The notes below the pieces were generated by a model that saw only the letters and a program-made list of their open reading frames with translations, was not told where the DNA came from and did no database searches. The translations under genes and the position numbers were made by a program. This document shows, one piece after another, positions 49,679-60,292 of a DNA stretch of 64,000 nucleotides (its first letter is position 1; each line of letters opens with the position of its first letter). This stretch comes from Candidatus Tepidifontimicrobium thermophilum (GTDB lineage: Bacteria; Sysuimicrobiota; Sysuimicrobiia; Sysuimicrobiales; Sysuimicrobiaceae), in NCBI GenBank assembly GCA_031459915.1, contig JAVKHO010000010.1, positions 1 through 64,000 of the forward strand, written 5' to 3'.

Positions 49679-50680
49679 ATGCTGCGCCTGCCCGCTTTCC
49701 AGTTGCTCCGGCCCGCCACGGTGGCGGAAGCCACACGCATGCTGGCGGAGCTGGGGCCGCAGGCGGCACCGCTGGCGGGCGGGACCGACCTGCTGCCGAA
49801 GATGAAACGCCGCCAGCTGCAGCCCAGGTACCTGGTGAGCCTCCGTGGGCTGCGGGAGCTGCGGGGCTGGTCCGGCAGTCCGGAACAGGGTCTGGTGCTG
49901 CGCGCGGGCTGCACCCTGGCCGAGGTAGCGGCGCAGCCCGCGGTGCGGTCCGCGTACCGTGCCCTGGCGGAGGCGGTGGCGGTGTGCTCGAACCCCATCC
50001 TGCACCGCATGGGCACCCTGGGCGGGAACCTGTGCCTGGACACCCGGTGCACCTACTACGACCAGACGGAGCACTGGCGCCAAGCCCTGGGCTGGTGCAT
50101 GAAGGCACCCGGCCCCCGCACCCCGGAGGAAGTGCCCTGTCGCGTGGCGCCGGGCGGAAGCAGGTGCTGGGCGGTCAGCGCGGGCGACGGGGCTCCGGCG
50201 CTGATCGCGCTGGGCGCGAAGGTGCGGCTGGTGGGCGCCCGGGGGGAGCGGGTCCTGCCCCTGGAGGACCTGTACCGGGACGACGGCATCCGCTACCTGG
50301 ACAAGTCGCCTGATGAGCTGGTGGTGGAGGTCCTGCTCCCGCCCGCGGACGGCCTGCGCAGCACCTACCGCAAGGTGCGGCGACGGGGTTCGTTGGACTT
50401 CGCCGCCCTGGGCGTCGCGGCGGCCGTGCGACAGGACCCGGACGGGACCGTGACATCCTGCCGGCTGGTACTGGGAGGGGTGGCCTCCCGGCCCCTCGTG
50501 CTGGAGGAAGTCGCGTCCCTGCTGGTGGGGCAGCGGCTGGAGCAGGAGGTCCTGGAACGGGTGAGCGAGGCCGTGTACCGGGCCGTGCACCCTATGGACA
50601 ACACCGACTTCACGGTCCTGTATCGCAGGCGCACCGCACCCGTGCACGTACGCCGCGCCCTGGAGGCGTTGGCCTCCTAG
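49679..50680 (+). CDS. hcrB: FAD subunit with extra 4Fe-4S insert, 4-hydroxybenzoyl-CoA reductase beta-like
   Basis: AGGTDL, TLGGNLCLDTRC...WCMK...PCRV..SRCWA (HcrB Cys insert), RGSLDF. Confidence 0.82.
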   Translation: MLRLPAFQLLRPATVAEATRMLAELGPQAAPLAGGTDLLPKMKRRQLQPRYLVSLRGLRELRGWSGSPEQGLVLRAGCTLAEVAAQPAVRSAYRALAEAVAVCSNPILHRMGTLGGNLCLDTRCTYYDQTEHWRQALGWCMKAPGPRTPEEVPCRVAPGGSRCWAVSAGDGAPALIALGAKVRLVGARGERVLPLEDLYRDDGIRYLDKSPDELVVEVLLPPADGLRSTYRKVRRRGSLDFAALGVAAAVRQDPDGTVTSCRLVLGGVASRPLVLEEVASLLVGQRLEQEVLERVSEAVYRAVHPMDNTDFTVLYRRRTAPVHVRRALEALAS

Positions 50681-50739
50681 GGGGTGTCCGTGAGGGCCGC
50701 AGTGGGTGCGGAGGCGGTGGGGCAGGAGGTCTAGGTAAA

Positions 50740-52287
50740 TTGGTGTTCCGTCACCCCACGGCGCGGGCTTTGGCGGTCCCCAGGCTGACCTCCTGTCAGC
50801 TCCTGGAGCGGTGGGCGCGGTCGGAGCCGAACCGCCCCGCCCTGGTGTGGGGACCTACCGAGCAGGTGACCACCTACGGCCAGCTGTGGGACACCAGCGG
50901 AAAGGTGGCCCGGGCGCTGCAGGAGCTGGGGCTGGAGAAGGGCGACCGCGTGGTGTTCCTGTCGCCCACCTGCCCGCAGGTCCCCGTGGCGTTTTACGGG
51001 GTACTCCGCGCGGGCGGGGTCGCAGTGCCCCTGAGCCCCCTCAGCAGGCTCCCGGAGGTCCAGCGCTGCCTGCTGGACACCGGAGCCCAGATGGTTTTGG
51101 CTTCAAAGGAGTGGGTCAGCCAGCTGCGGGAGGCCGGCGTGGCCTCTTCCCCGCGCTACGTGCTGAGCCTGGACGAGCTGGAGGAAGCCTCCGAGCCGTG
51201 GCAACAGCCGGAACCCGTGGCCCTGGACCCAGAACACGACCTGGCCTGCATCCTGTACTCCAGCGGCACCACGGGCCTTCCCAAGGGCGCGGCCCTCACC
51301 CACCGCAACGTGGTGGCAGACCTGATGGCCGGGCGGGCGGTGGGGTTCATCACGGAACGCTCCCGGTACGTGCACTTCCTGCCCCTCTGCCACTGCGCGG
51401 GCCTGCTGGCCCTGCTGAATGCGGGGGTGTGCCTGGGCGCCTGCCAGGTGCTGGTCCCGCGGTTTGACGCCCCGGAGGTGTTGCGGCTGATGGAGGCGCA
51501 CCGGGTGCGGGAGCTGTTCGCCGTACCTCCGGCCCTGCGGGAGCTGGTGGAGGCCGCGGAGCGGACGGGGTTCGCCTACCGGGGGCTGCGGTTTCTGAAC
51601 ACCGCGGCCCTGCCCCTGGACGCGGAGCTGGCGCGTCGGGCGGAGGAGGTTTTCGGCTGCCCGGCCACCGAGCACATCGGCATGACGGAGACTGCGGGAC
51701 CGATGAACATCGCGGTCCCGCCCATGAAGGTCAAACGGGGTTCGGTGGGACCTCCGGTGCCGGGGCTGGACCAGCGGGTGGTGGATCCGGAGACCGGTCG
51801 GGACCTGGAGGCGGGAGGGGTGGGCGAGCTGCTGGTGCGGGGGCCGATGGTCACCGTGGGCTACTGGAACAACCCGCAGGCCAACCAGGAGGCGTTCACG
51901 GACGGCTGGTTCCGCACGGGCGACCTGGTGCGGTTCGACGAGGACGGGTACCTGTGGTGGGTGGACCGCCGGAAGGAGATGATCAAGTACAAGGGGTACT
52001 CCATCGCGCCCGCGGAGCTGGAGGAGGTCCTGCGCCAACACCCCGCGGTGCGGGAAGCCTGCGTGGTCCCCCGGCCGGATCCTGAGCTGGGGGAGGTACC
52101 CAAGGCGTTCGTGGTCCGCAGGGCGCCGGTGAGCCCGGAGGAGCTGCTGCGGTTCGTGGAGGAGCGGGTGGCTCCCTACAAGCGGGTGCGCGAGGTGGAG
52201 TTCGTGGACGAGCTGCCCAAGTCCGCGGTGGGCAAGATCCTCCGGCGGGTGCTGGCGGAGCGTGAGCGGGCGCGCGTGGGAGGGTGA
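50740..52287 (+). CDS. AMP-forming acyl-CoA ligase (4CL/LCFA-like)
   Basis: YSSGTTGLPKG, GMTE, RTGD, KYKG..IAPAELE, PKSAVGKILRR. Confidence 0.92.
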   Translation: MVFRHPTARALAVPRLTSCQLLERWARSEPNRPALVWGPTEQVTTYGQLWDTSGKVARALQELGLEKGDRVVFLSPTCPQVPVAFYGVLRAGGVAVPLSPLSRLPEVQRCLLDTGAQMVLASKEWVSQLREAGVASSPRYVLSLDELEEASEPWQQPEPVALDPEHDLACILYSSGTTGLPKGAALTHRNVVADLMAGRAVGFITERSRYVHFLPLCHCAGLLALLNAGVCLGACQVLVPRFDAPEVLRLMEAHRVRELFAVPPALRELVEAAERTGFAYRGLRFLNTAALPLDAELARRAEEVFGCPATEHIGMTETAGPMNIAVPPMKVKRGSVGPPVPGLDQRVVDPETGRDLEAGGVGELLVRGPMVTVGYWNNPQANQEAFTDGWFRTGDLVRFDEDGYLWWVDRRKEMIKYKGYSIAPAELEEVLRQHPAVREACVVPRPDPELGEVPKAFVVRRAPVSPEELLRFVEERVAPYKRVREVEFVDELPKSAVGKILRRVLAERERARVGG

Positions 52288-52291
52288 GACG

Positions 52292-52570
52292 ATGATCCAG
52301 CCCCGCCCGTGGCACGGGCGTCACGCGGTGGTGACGGGCGCGAGCCGGGGGATCGGGGACACGGACTTGTTCCGGGAGGCGGCGGAGCGGGTGGTGCGGA
52401 CCACGGGCCGCAGCGACGAGTCCGCGCGGGAGGAGCTGGTGCGGTACAACCCGCAGGGCCGGCGGGTCCGGCCCGGGGAGGTGGCGGACGCGGTGGCGGG
52501 GCTGTGCCTGCGGGGTTGCGCTTCCGTCACGGGCCAGTGCCTGGTGGTGGCGGGCGGGGAAGTCATGTGA
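52292..52570 (+). pseudogene. SDR with large in-frame internal deletion
   Basis: [10 protein letters not shown] joins directly to the C-terminal DTD...NPQGR..PGEVA...VTGQ..VAGG; NAG and YxxxK core missing; 92 aa. Confidence 0.8.
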
Positions 52571-52580
52571 AGGAGGGACC

Positions 52581-53390
52581 ATGCGCGGGTCGGACGTCCG
52601 GCTTCGGCACTTCCTGTGGGACTTCCAGGACGGGGTGGCCACCGTCACCTTCAACCGTCCGGAGCGCAAGAACCCCTTCACCTTCGAGAGCTACGCGGAG
52701 CTGCGGGACACCTTCGAGTTGCTGCGGCGGGTGGAGGACGTGAAGGTGGTGGTGATCACCGGTGCCGGCGGCAACTTCTGCTCCGGCGGGGACGTGCACG
52801 AGATCATCCGCCCGCTGCTGGACATGGACGTCCGGGGCAAGCTGGCATTCACGCGGATGACCGGGGAGCTGGTGGTGGCCATGCGGCGCTGCCCGCAGCC
52901 CCTGGTGGCCGCGGTGGACGGGGTGTGCGTGGGCGCGGGTGCGGTGGTGGCCGCGGCCTGCGACCTGCGGCTGGGCACCGCCCGCAGCCGCGTGGCCTTC
53001 CTGTTCAACCGGGTGGGGCTTGCGGGATCCGACATGGGCGCCTGTGCCCTGCTGCCCCGGATCGTGGGGCTGGGCCGGGCCGCGGAGCTGCTGTACACGG
53101 GCCGGGAGATGTCGGGCGAGGAGGCGGAGCGGTGGGGGTTCTTCAACCGCCTGTGCCCTCCGGAGAGGCTGCTGCAGGAGGCCCAGGAGCTGGCCCGCCA
53201 GCTGGCCAGGGGGCCGGTCTTCGCCCACGCCATGACGAAGCGGATGCTGCACAAGGAGTGGGACATGTCCCTGGACGAGGCGGTAGAGTCGGAGGCCCAG
53301 GCGCAGGCGCTGTGCATGCTCACGCAGGACTTCGCCCGCGGCTACGAGGCCTTCGTCCAGCGCCGCCCGCCCGAGTTCCGGGGGGACTAG
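52581..53390 (+). CDS. Enoyl-CoA hydratase family (AbmC-like)
   Basis: [39 protein letters not shown]. Confidence 0.85.
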   Translation: MRGSDVRLRHFLWDFQDGVATVTFNRPERKNPFTFESYAELRDTFELLRRVEDVKVVVITGAGGNFCSGGDVHEIIRPLLDMDVRGKLAFTRMTGELVVAMRRCPQPLVAAVDGVCVGAGAVVAAACDLRLGTARSRVAFLFNRVGLAGSDMGACALLPRIVGLGRAAELLYTGREMSGEEAERWGFFNRLCPPERLLQEAQELARQLARGPVFAHAMTKRMLHKEWDMSLDEAVESEAQAQALCMLTQDFARGYEAFVQRRPPEFRGD

Positions 53391-53392
53391 GG

Positions 53393-54574
53393 TTGGAGCT
53401 GCACCACCTGCGGTGGCCTTTCTTCGACGCCCACCACCGGGCGCTGGCCGAGGACCTGCGGGCGTGGGCAGCCCGGGAGCTCGGGGACCTGGTGGAGCGG
53501 GAGGAGCTGGACCCCGACGGGGCGGCGCGGGAGCTGGTGTGCAGGCTCGGTCAGGCGGGGTGGCTCCGGTACTGCGTGCCCGCGGCGTACGGAGGTGTGC
53601 ACGCCCGAGTGGACGTGCGGAGCCTGTGCCTGGCCCGGGAGATCCTGGCGTACCACAGCGGCCTTGCGGACTTCGCGTTCGCCATGCAGGGGCTCGGCAG
53701 CGTGCCCATCGCCCTGTTCGGGAGCGAGGAGCTCCGAGCCCGCTACCTGCCCGGGGTGGCCCGGGGTGAGCGCATCGCCGCCTTCGCCCTTTCGGAGCCA
53801 CAGGCGGGCTCAGACGTGGCGGCCATCCAGACCACGGCCCGACGGGTGGGGGATCACTACGAGCTCGTGGGCACGAAGACGTGGATCTCCAACGCGGGGC
53901 TGGCGCACCAGTACGTGGTGTTCGCACGCACCGGCCCCGGCAAGGAAGGGCTCACGGCCTTTGTGGTGGACGGCCACGCGGAGGGACTGCAGGTGTCCAG
54001 CCGCATCCGTACCCTGAGCCCCCACCCCCTCGGCACCCTGACCCTGGACGGCTGCCGGGTCCCGGCAACGCACCGCCTGGGCGAAGAAGGCCAGGGGTAC
54101 GCGGTGGCCCTGCGGACCCTGGATACCTTCCGGGCCACGGTAGGGGCCGCGGCGGTGGGCTTTGCCCGCAGGGCCCTGGACGAGGCGGCCGGCTACAGCC
54201 GGCAGCGCGTGGCCTTCGGCCAGAGGCTGTCGGACTTCCAGCTGGTGCGGTGGAAGCTGGCGTGGATGGCCACGGAGCTGGACGCCAGCGCGCTGCTGGT
54301 GTACCGGGCCGCGTGGGCCCACGACTGCGACGCGGGCCGGGGGCCCCAGGACAGCTCGATGGCCAAGCTGTACGCCACGGAAGCCGCCCAGCGGGTGGTG
54401 GACGAGGCGGTCCAGCTGCACGGGGCGTGGGGCGTGGTGGCGGGAAGCAGGGTGGAGCGCCTGTACCGGGACGTGCGGGCCCTGCGCATCTACGAGGGGA
54501 CCTCGGAGATCCAGGCCCTGGTGGTGGGCCGGCAGGTGGTGCGGGAGAGCCCCCGGCAGGAGGTGGCGCGGTGA
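53393..54574 (+). CDS. Acyl-CoA dehydrogenase (AbmD-like)
   Basis: [44 protein letters not shown]. Confidence 0.9.
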   Translation: MELHHLRWPFFDAHHRALAEDLRAWAARELGDLVEREELDPDGAARELVCRLGQAGWLRYCVPAAYGGVHARVDVRSLCLAREILAYHSGLADFAFAMQGLGSVPIALFGSEELRARYLPGVARGERIAAFALSEPQAGSDVAAIQTTARRVGDHYELVGTKTWISNAGLAHQYVVFARTGPGKEGLTAFVVDGHAEGLQVSSRIRTLSPHPLGTLTLDGCRVPATHRLGEEGQGYAVALRTLDTFRATVGAAAVGFARRALDEAAGYSRQRVAFGQRLSDFQLVRWKLAWMATELDASALLVYRAAWAHDCDAGRGPQDSSMAKLYATEAAQRVVDEAVQLHGAWGVVAGSRVERLYRDVRALRIYEGTSEIQALVVGRQVVRESPRQEVAR

Positions 54575-55338
54575 ACAACCAGGACGAGGCGATCCGGGTC
54601 CGTAGGGAGGACGGCGCGTGGTGGGTCACCCTAAACCGCCCGCCCCACAACGTGCTGACCACCGCGGTGATGCGGAAGCTAGAGGGTGCGCTGCGGGAGG
54701 CGTTCGCAGACCCCGCCGCGCGGGTCGTGGTCCTGACCGCGGAGGGACGGTCGTTCTGCGCGGGCGTGGACGTGGCGGAGCACACCGCGGAGAAGGTCCA
54801 CGAGATGCTGGAGGCTTTCCACACCCTGTGCCGCACCCTCGTGGACGCGGACGTACCCACCGTGGCCGCGGTGGGAGGCGCGGCCCTGGGTGGAGGGTGT
54901 GAGCTGGTGGCGCTGTGCGACGTGGTGGTGGCTTCCGAGAGCGCCACCTTCGGCCAGCCTGAAGTACGGGTTGGGGTCTTCCCGCCCGTGGCGGCGGCGG
55001 CCTTCCTGACCCTCCTGGGCAAGCAGGCGGTGGTCCCCGTGCTCACGGGAGAGGTCCTGACCGCGCGGCAGGCCCGCGAACTGGGCCTGGTCACCGACGT
55101 GGTGGCCGCGGAGGAGATGGAGCAGGCGGTGCGCAGGCGGGTAGAACAGCTCAGTGCCCACAGCGCCGCGGTCCTGCGCCTGGCCAAGCGGGCAGCCTTG
55201 GGTTCTTTCCGGCACGCCTTCCACCAGGCGCTGGAAGAGGCCGAGCGCGTGTACGAGGAGCTCATGCGAACCGAGGACGCCCACGAGGGGCTGCGGGCGT
55301 TTCTCGAAAAACGCAAGCCCACTTGGCAACACCGGTAG
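54571..55338 (+). CDS. dch: Cyclohexa-1,5-diene-1-carbonyl-CoA hydratase-like crotonase
   Basis: [50 protein letters not shown]; next to bcr genes. Confidence 0.7.
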   Translation: MNNQDEAIRVRREDGAWWVTLNRPPHNVLTTAVMRKLEGALREAFADPAARVVVLTAEGRSFCAGVDVAEHTAEKVHEMLEAFHTLCRTLVDADVPTVAAVGGAALGGGCELVALCDVVVASESATFGQPEVRVGVFPPVAAAAFLTLLGKQAVVPVLTGEVLTARQARELGLVTDVVAAEEMEQAVRRRVEQLSAHSAAVLRLAKRAALGSFRHAFHQALEEAERVYEELMRTEDAHEGLRAFLEKRKPTWQHR

Positions 55339-55354
55339 GAGGAGGCGACTGGCA

Positions 55355-56077
55355 ATGGGAGTGGGGCGGGCGCAGATGGTACCGGGACCCCGGCTGACCG
55401 CGGACGCGGTGCGGGTCCTGCGAGAGGCGCTAGAGCGGGCCGGGGAAGCCGTCATGGTGGTGGACGGCCGGCAGCGGGTGGTGCTGTGGAACACGGCTGC
55501 GGAACGGCTTTTGGGCTGGCGGAAGGAGGACGTGCTGGGCCGGCCGTGTTACCGGGTGGTCACCGGACACGACCGAACCGGCCACCTGGTGTGCTGCCCA
55601 GGGTGCCCGGAGTTCGTGATGGCCCGCACGGGCGAGCCCATCCCGCCCCGGGACGTGTGCTACCGGAGCCGGGAGGGCCGGTACGTCTGGGTGAACCAGA
55701 GCACCCTGGTGGTGCGGTTCGGGCCGGACGAGGACGAACACTGGGTCGTACACCTGTTCAGGGACATCACCCACCAGCGCCGGGTGGAGGAGCTGGTGGA
55801 CCTGCTCACCCAGCGGGAGGGGTTCGACGCCGGGGCCGCGGCTAGCCAGCCCCTCACCCGGAGGGAGCGGGAGGTGCTGAGCCTGCTGGCTCAGGGGATG
55901 GACACCCAGGCCATCGCCCGGGCCCTGTTCCTGTCTACCGCCACCGTGCGCAACCACGTGCAGAACCTCATGCGCAAGCTGGGCGCCCACACCCGGGCCG
56001 AGGCGGTGGCGCGCGCGTTGAAGGAGGGCCTGTTCCCCCGCAACGCCCTGGTGGATCAGACGCACCACGAAAGATGA
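55355..56077 (+). CDS. PAS-LuxR transcriptional regulator with Cys-rich PAS
   Basis: WNTAAERLLGW..DVLGRPC, CCPGC; LTRREREVL..TVRNHV..KLG. Confidence 0.9.
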   Translation: MGVGRAQMVPGPRLTADAVRVLREALERAGEAVMVVDGRQRVVLWNTAAERLLGWRKEDVLGRPCYRVVTGHDRTGHLVCCPGCPEFVMARTGEPIPPRDVCYRSREGRYVWVNQSTLVVRFGPDEDEHWVVHLFRDITHQRRVEELVDLLTQREGFDAGAAASQPLTRREREVLSLLAQGMDTQAIARALFLSTATVRNHVQNLMRKLGAHTRAEAVARALKEGLFPRNALVDQTHHER

Positions 56078-56090
56078 AGCATCCGGACCA

Positions 56091-56135
56091 TTGGACTTGC
56101 GCGTCTTAGAGGGTACGGTTTGACTGACCGGTCGG
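56091..56135 (+). promoter_or_regulatory. Putative bcr promoter plus operator
   Basis: TTGGAC-N17-TACGGT followed by GACTGACCGGTCGG (56122-56135); 12 nt identical to the site at 46746. Confidence 0.65.
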
Positions 56136-56151
56136 ATAAGAGGGTTACGCC

Positions 56152-57309
56152 ATGGAGCTGGAGCGGATCTTCGACGACCTGAGGGCCCTGGTGGAGGACC
56201 CCTCGTTCCCCGCGGTGCGGCGGTGGCTGGAGGCGAATCCCCAGGGCAAGGTGGTGGGCCACTTCCAGGTGTTCTTCCCCGAGGAGGTAGCCCACGCGGC
56301 AGGCCTGCTGCCCGTGAAGATCGCGGGCGCGGGCGGGACCGTCCAGGTGCGGCAGGCGGACGCCCGCATCGCCGCCTTCGTGTGCTCCATCGTCCGCAGC
56401 TCCCTGGAGCTGGCGCTGTCGGGGCGGCTGGACTTCCTGAGCCTCATGGTGGTGCCCAACATCTGCGACGCCGCCCGCAACGGCTGCGGGGTGTGGGTGC
56501 GCAGCTTCCCCCAGATGCGGGTGGAGACCCTCTACCACCCGCACAACGCCAGCAGCGCTTACGCGGTGGACTACCTGGTGGGGGAGTACCGCCGCATCGG
56601 CCGCGTGATCGAGGAGCTGAGCGGCCGCCCCATCACCGACGACGCCCTGCGGGCCAGCATCGCCCTGTTCAACGAGAACCGCAGGCTGCTGCGGGAGGTG
56701 TACCGGATCAAGCGGGAGACCCCGTGGCTGCTGAGCGCGGTCGAAAGCTACCTGCTGGTGCGCTCCGCGGGCCTGATGCCCCGGGAGGAGCACAACGCCC
56801 TGCTGCGGCGCGTGCTGGAGCTAGTGCCCCAGCGGCCCGCCAAGAAGCAGGACCGCATCCGGGTGGTGTTGGAGGGCGGGTTCTGCGAGCAGCCGCCGCT
56901 GGACATGCTGGCGGTGATCCAGAACGCCTGCTACATCGTGGACGACGACCTCATGATCGGGCTGCGGTGGATCACCGAGGACGTCCCCCTGGACGGTGAC
57001 CCCTGGCGGAACCTGGCCGACAGCTACCTCAACCGCAGCAGCTACAGCCCCGTGCAGCGGGACCCCCGCAAGCCCAAGGCGGAGATGCTCCTGCGGCGGA
57101 TCCGGGAGGCGGGGGCGGAGGCCGCCATCGTGGCCGCGGCCAAGATGTGCGAGCCCGGGCTGGAGGAGCAGGTGAACTACAGCCGGGCCCTGGACGCCGC
57201 GGGGATCCCGCACCTGGTGATGGAGTTCGAGGAGACCATGACGGTGTTCGAGCAGGTGGGCATGGAAGTGGAGACCTTCGCGGAGTCGTTGCTGTTCCAG
57301 TTTGCGTGA
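56152..57309 (+). CDS. bcrC: Class I benzoyl-CoA reductase subunit C (HgdD family)
   Basis: [42 protein letters not shown]. Confidence 0.82.
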   Translation: MELERIFDDLRALVEDPSFPAVRRWLEANPQGKVVGHFQVFFPEEVAHAAGLLPVKIAGAGGTVQVRQADARIAAFVCSIVRSSLELALSGRLDFLSLMVVPNICDAARNGCGVWVRSFPQMRVETLYHPHNASSAYAVDYLVGEYRRIGRVIEELSGRPITDDALRASIALFNENRRLLREVYRIKRETPWLLSAVESYLLVRSAGLMPREEHNALLRRVLELVPQRPAKKQDRIRVVLEGGFCEQPPLDMLAVIQNACYIVDDDLMIGLRWITEDVPLDGDPWRNLADSYLNRSSYSPVQRDPRKPKAEMLLRRIREAGAEAAIVAAAKMCEPGLEEQVNYSRALDAAGIPHLVMEFEETMTVFEQVGMEVETFAESLLFQFA

Positions 57310-57320
57310 GGGGGTGCGGT

Positions 57321-58619
57321 GTGAGTACGTCGGCGCAGGAGATCCTGGGCACAAGCCGCCGGGAGGGCCGGCGGCTGATGGACCTTTGGTGGCAGCGGAT
57401 GACGGAGGCGGCCCAGACGGGACACCCCGCTGCGTACGTGTTCGTGATGGCGCCTCTTTCGGAGCTGCTCCTGACCTTCGACTTCGTCATCAACGCCCCG
57501 GAGATCACCTCCCTGCAGACCGCCATCCGGGGCCAGTCGCAGGCATACATCCAGCTGGCGGAGGACTACGGGTTCTCGCCCGACATCTGCGGGTACGTGA
57601 AGGCGGACGTGGGGGTGCAGCTCAAGCAGGGCGAGCACCCCTACGGGCGGGTCCCGAAGCCAGCCCTGGTGGTCACCAACAACGTGTGCAACACGTACAT
57701 CAAGTGGGCGGAGTTCTGGGAACACTACTACGGCTGTCCGGTGTTCACCTTCGACCTGCCCGGCTGGCGGGGCCGGGAGTCGCTGCGGGAGGGCACGGAG
57801 GCCTTCCGCGAGACCTTCGAGAACGACTGTCGCTACGTCCTGGGCCAACTGCGGGAGCTCGTCGAGCTGTGCGAGCGGGTCACCGGAAAGCCCTTCGACA
57901 TCGACCGGTTCCGGGAGCACCTGCGGGAGGCCAACCGCATGGCAGAGCTGTACCACGCGGTGTGCGACACGAACCGCCACGTCCCCGCCCCCTTCAACGC
58001 GCCCCTGGAGGGCGTCACCTACCAGGGGATCGCCAACCTGTACCGGGGGACCCCCGAGGGCACCCGGTACTTCGAGCTGGCCCTGGAGGAGATGCGGGAG
58101 CGGGTGCGGCTGGGGATGGCGGCAGTGCCGGACGAGCGGTTCCGGCTGGTGCTGGTGGGGACCGCCTGCTACAGCCACTTCCGCCGGTTCGTGGAGCTGT
58201 TCAGCTCCTGGGGCGGGGTGTTCGTGCACAGCACCTACATGGTGTTCGCGGGCGGAGGCTTCCTGCCGGGCTTCCGCTACGACCTCAGCCGGCCCCTGGA
58301 GAGCTTCGCGGAGCAGATGGTGCGGGCCACGTACTGGGGCTGGACCGGCGCCATGTTCTACCAGCAGGAGTGGCTGGACCAGGTGGTGCGGGACTGGAAG
58401 GTGGACGGCATCTGCTTCCACGGGGTGAAGAGCTGCCGGACGACCAGCACGGGGCTGCCGGACGTGCGGGAGTGGATGCGGGTGCAGCGGAACGTGCCAG
58501 GTCTGTTCATCCAGTCGGACCTGGTGGACCCGCGGCTGTGGTCGGACGCGCAGATCAAGAACCGTGTGGACGCGTTCTTCGAGGCGCTGGCGGCGCACAA
58601 GGCTACGGCGGGGAGGTGA
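57321..58619 (+). CDS. bcrB: Class I benzoyl-CoA reductase subunit B
   Basis: [39 protein letters not shown]. Confidence 0.82.
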   Translation: MSTSAQEILGTSRREGRRLMDLWWQRMTEAAQTGHPAAYVFVMAPLSELLLTFDFVINAPEITSLQTAIRGQSQAYIQLAEDYGFSPDICGYVKADVGVQLKQGEHPYGRVPKPALVVTNNVCNTYIKWAEFWEHYYGCPVFTFDLPGWRGRESLREGTEAFRETFENDCRYVLGQLRELVELCERVTGKPFDIDRFREHLREANRMAELYHAVCDTNRHVPAPFNAPLEGVTYQGIANLYRGTPEGTRYFELALEEMRERVRLGMAAVPDERFRLVLVGTACYSHFRRFVELFSSWGGVFVHSTYMVFAGGGFLPGFRYDLSRPLESFAEQMVRATYWGWTGAMFYQQEWLDQVVRDWKVDGICFHGVKSCRTTSTGLPDVREWMRVQRNVPGLFIQSDLVDPRLWSDAQIKNRVDAFFEALAAHKATAGR

Positions 58620-58627
58620 GCGTGAAG

Positions 58628-59461
58628 ATGTGGGGTGCCAGGAAGGTGGTGGCGGGGGTGGACGTGGGGTCCACCCAGACCAAGGCGGTGATCCTGAGCC
58701 CGGAGCGCGAGATCGTGGGCCGGGCCCTGGTGGACACGGGGGCGCGGCTGAACGAGGCGGCCCGGGCCGCCTTCGAGGCTGCCCTGGAGGAAGCGGGGCT
58801 GTCCCCGGAGGACGTGGAGTACACCGTGGGCACCGGCTACGGCCGCTTCAAGGTGGAGTTCGGGGACACCCAGGTGACGGAGATCAGCTGCCACGCCCGG
58901 GGAGCGTGCTTTTTGTTCCCCAACACCCGCACGGTGCTGGACATCGGCGGCCAGGACACCAAGGCCATCCGGGTGGGGCCCGGGGGGGAGGTGCTGGACT
59001 TCTGCATGAACGACAAGTGCTCTGCGGGCACGGGCCGGTTCCTGGGGGCGGCGTCTGCGGCCCTGGAGATCCCCCTGGGGGAGCTGGGCCCCCTGGCTCT
59101 GACGGCCCGCAACCCCGTGACCATCACCACCACGTGCACGGTGTTCGCGGAGTCGGAGATCCTGGGTTGGCTGGCGAGGGGGCGCAAGGTGGAGGACATC
59201 CTCATGGGGGTGCACGCCTCCATCGCGTCGCGCAGCCTGTCCCTGCTTCGCCGGGTCGGGATCGAGCCCGAGCTCACCTTCACGGGCGGCGTGGCCCGCA
59301 ACGTGGCCATGGTGCACCTGATCCGGGAGATGAGCGGGGTTCCGGTGAACGTCAGCGAGGAGTCCCACTTCTGTGGCGCCATCGGCGCCGCCCTGTTCGC
59401 CCTGGACCACGTCCTGCTGGGCGAGCGGGCGGGGGCGGCCGTGGCCGCGGGAGGGCAGTAG
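58628..59461 (+). CDS. bcrA: Benzoyl-CoA reductase ATPase/activase subunit (BcrA/BzdQ-like)
   Basis: [47 protein letters not shown]. Confidence 0.8.
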   Translation: MWGARKVVAGVDVGSTQTKAVILSPEREIVGRALVDTGARLNEAARAAFEAALEEAGLSPEDVEYTVGTGYGRFKVEFGDTQVTEISCHARGACFLFPNTRTVLDIGGQDTKAIRVGPGGEVLDFCMNDKCSAGTGRFLGAASAALEIPLGELGPLALTARNPVTITTTCTVFAESEILGWLARGRKVEDILMGVHASIASRSLSLLRRVGIEPELTFTGGVARNVAMVHLIREMSGVPVNVSEESHFCGAIGAALFALDHVLLGERAGAAVAAGGQ

Positions 59462-59463
59462 CC

Positions 59464-60267
59464 ATGCTGGTGGCCGGGATCGACGTGGGCGCCACCTACA
59501 CGAAGGTGGTGCTGTGCCACGACGGGAAGGTGTTGGGCCGCAGCCTGTCGCCCACGGGGTTCAACTTCGCCCGGGCCGCGGAGCGGGGGCTTTCGGCAGC
59601 CCTGGAGAGTGCGGGGCTCCGGCGCGAGGACGTGGACTACGTGGCCGCCACCGGCTACGGCCGCCACATGGTCCCCTTCCGGGACCTCGCGCTCACCGAC
59701 CTCACGGCGCAGGCGTGGGCCATCCACCGCCTGTACCCCGACGCCCGGACCATCCTGGACATCGGCGGGCAGAACGTGAAGGCCATCCGGGTGGACGAGC
59801 GGGGTCGGGTGCGGGCCTTCCGGCTGAACGACAAGTGCGCGGCGGGCAGCGGGGCGTTCCTCGAGAAGACCATGCGCTACATGGGCTACACCGCCGCGGA
59901 CATCGCCCGCCTGGCGGAGGCGGCCCAGGACCCCGCGGTGGTGAGCAGCGTGTGCGCGGTGTTCGCGGAGAGTGAGGTGATCAACCACCTGGTGGCCGGT
60001 CGCAGCGCGGAGGACGTGTGCGCGGGCGCCATCGTGGCCCTGGCCGGCCGGGCCGGCCAGTTGGTGAAGCGCCTGCGGGGCGAACCCCAGTACGTGCTGA
60101 CCGGAGGCCTCACCCGGGTCCCGCTGATGCGCCGGTGCCTGGAGCAGGACCTGCGGGTGAGCTTCGTGGTCCCGCCGGAAGAGGAGGGGGTGTACGCGGC
60201 GGCCCTCGGGGCGGCCCAGCTGGCCCAGGAACGGCTTCGCCGGACCGCGCAGCGGGCCACCGCCTGA
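59464..60267 (+). CDS. bcrD: Benzoyl-CoA reductase second activase subunit (BcrD/BzdP-like)
   Basis: IDVGATYTK, ATGYGR, DIGGQ, NDKCAAGSGAFLE, CAVFAESE. Confidence 0.8.
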   Translation: MLVAGIDVGATYTKVVLCHDGKVLGRSLSPTGFNFARAAERGLSAALESAGLRREDVDYVAATGYGRHMVPFRDLALTDLTAQAWAIHRLYPDARTILDIGGQNVKAIRVDERGRVRAFRLNDKCAAGSGAFLEKTMRYMGYTAADIARLAEAAQDPAVVSSVCAVFAESEVINHLVAGRSAEDVCAGAIVALAGRAGQLVKRLRGEPQYVLTGGLTRVPLMRRCLEQDLRVSFVVPPEEEGVYAAALGAAQLAQERLRRTAQRATA

Positions 60268-60292
60268 GCGGAGCCAGGAGGGAGGTGGGCGG

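Noticed and set aside
46777..50680. Mo enzyme as CO dehydrogenase or xanthine dehydrogenase
   Set aside because: No AYxCSFR/AYRGAGR motif; the HcrB-type Cys insert and aromatic context favour an aroyl-CoA reductase.
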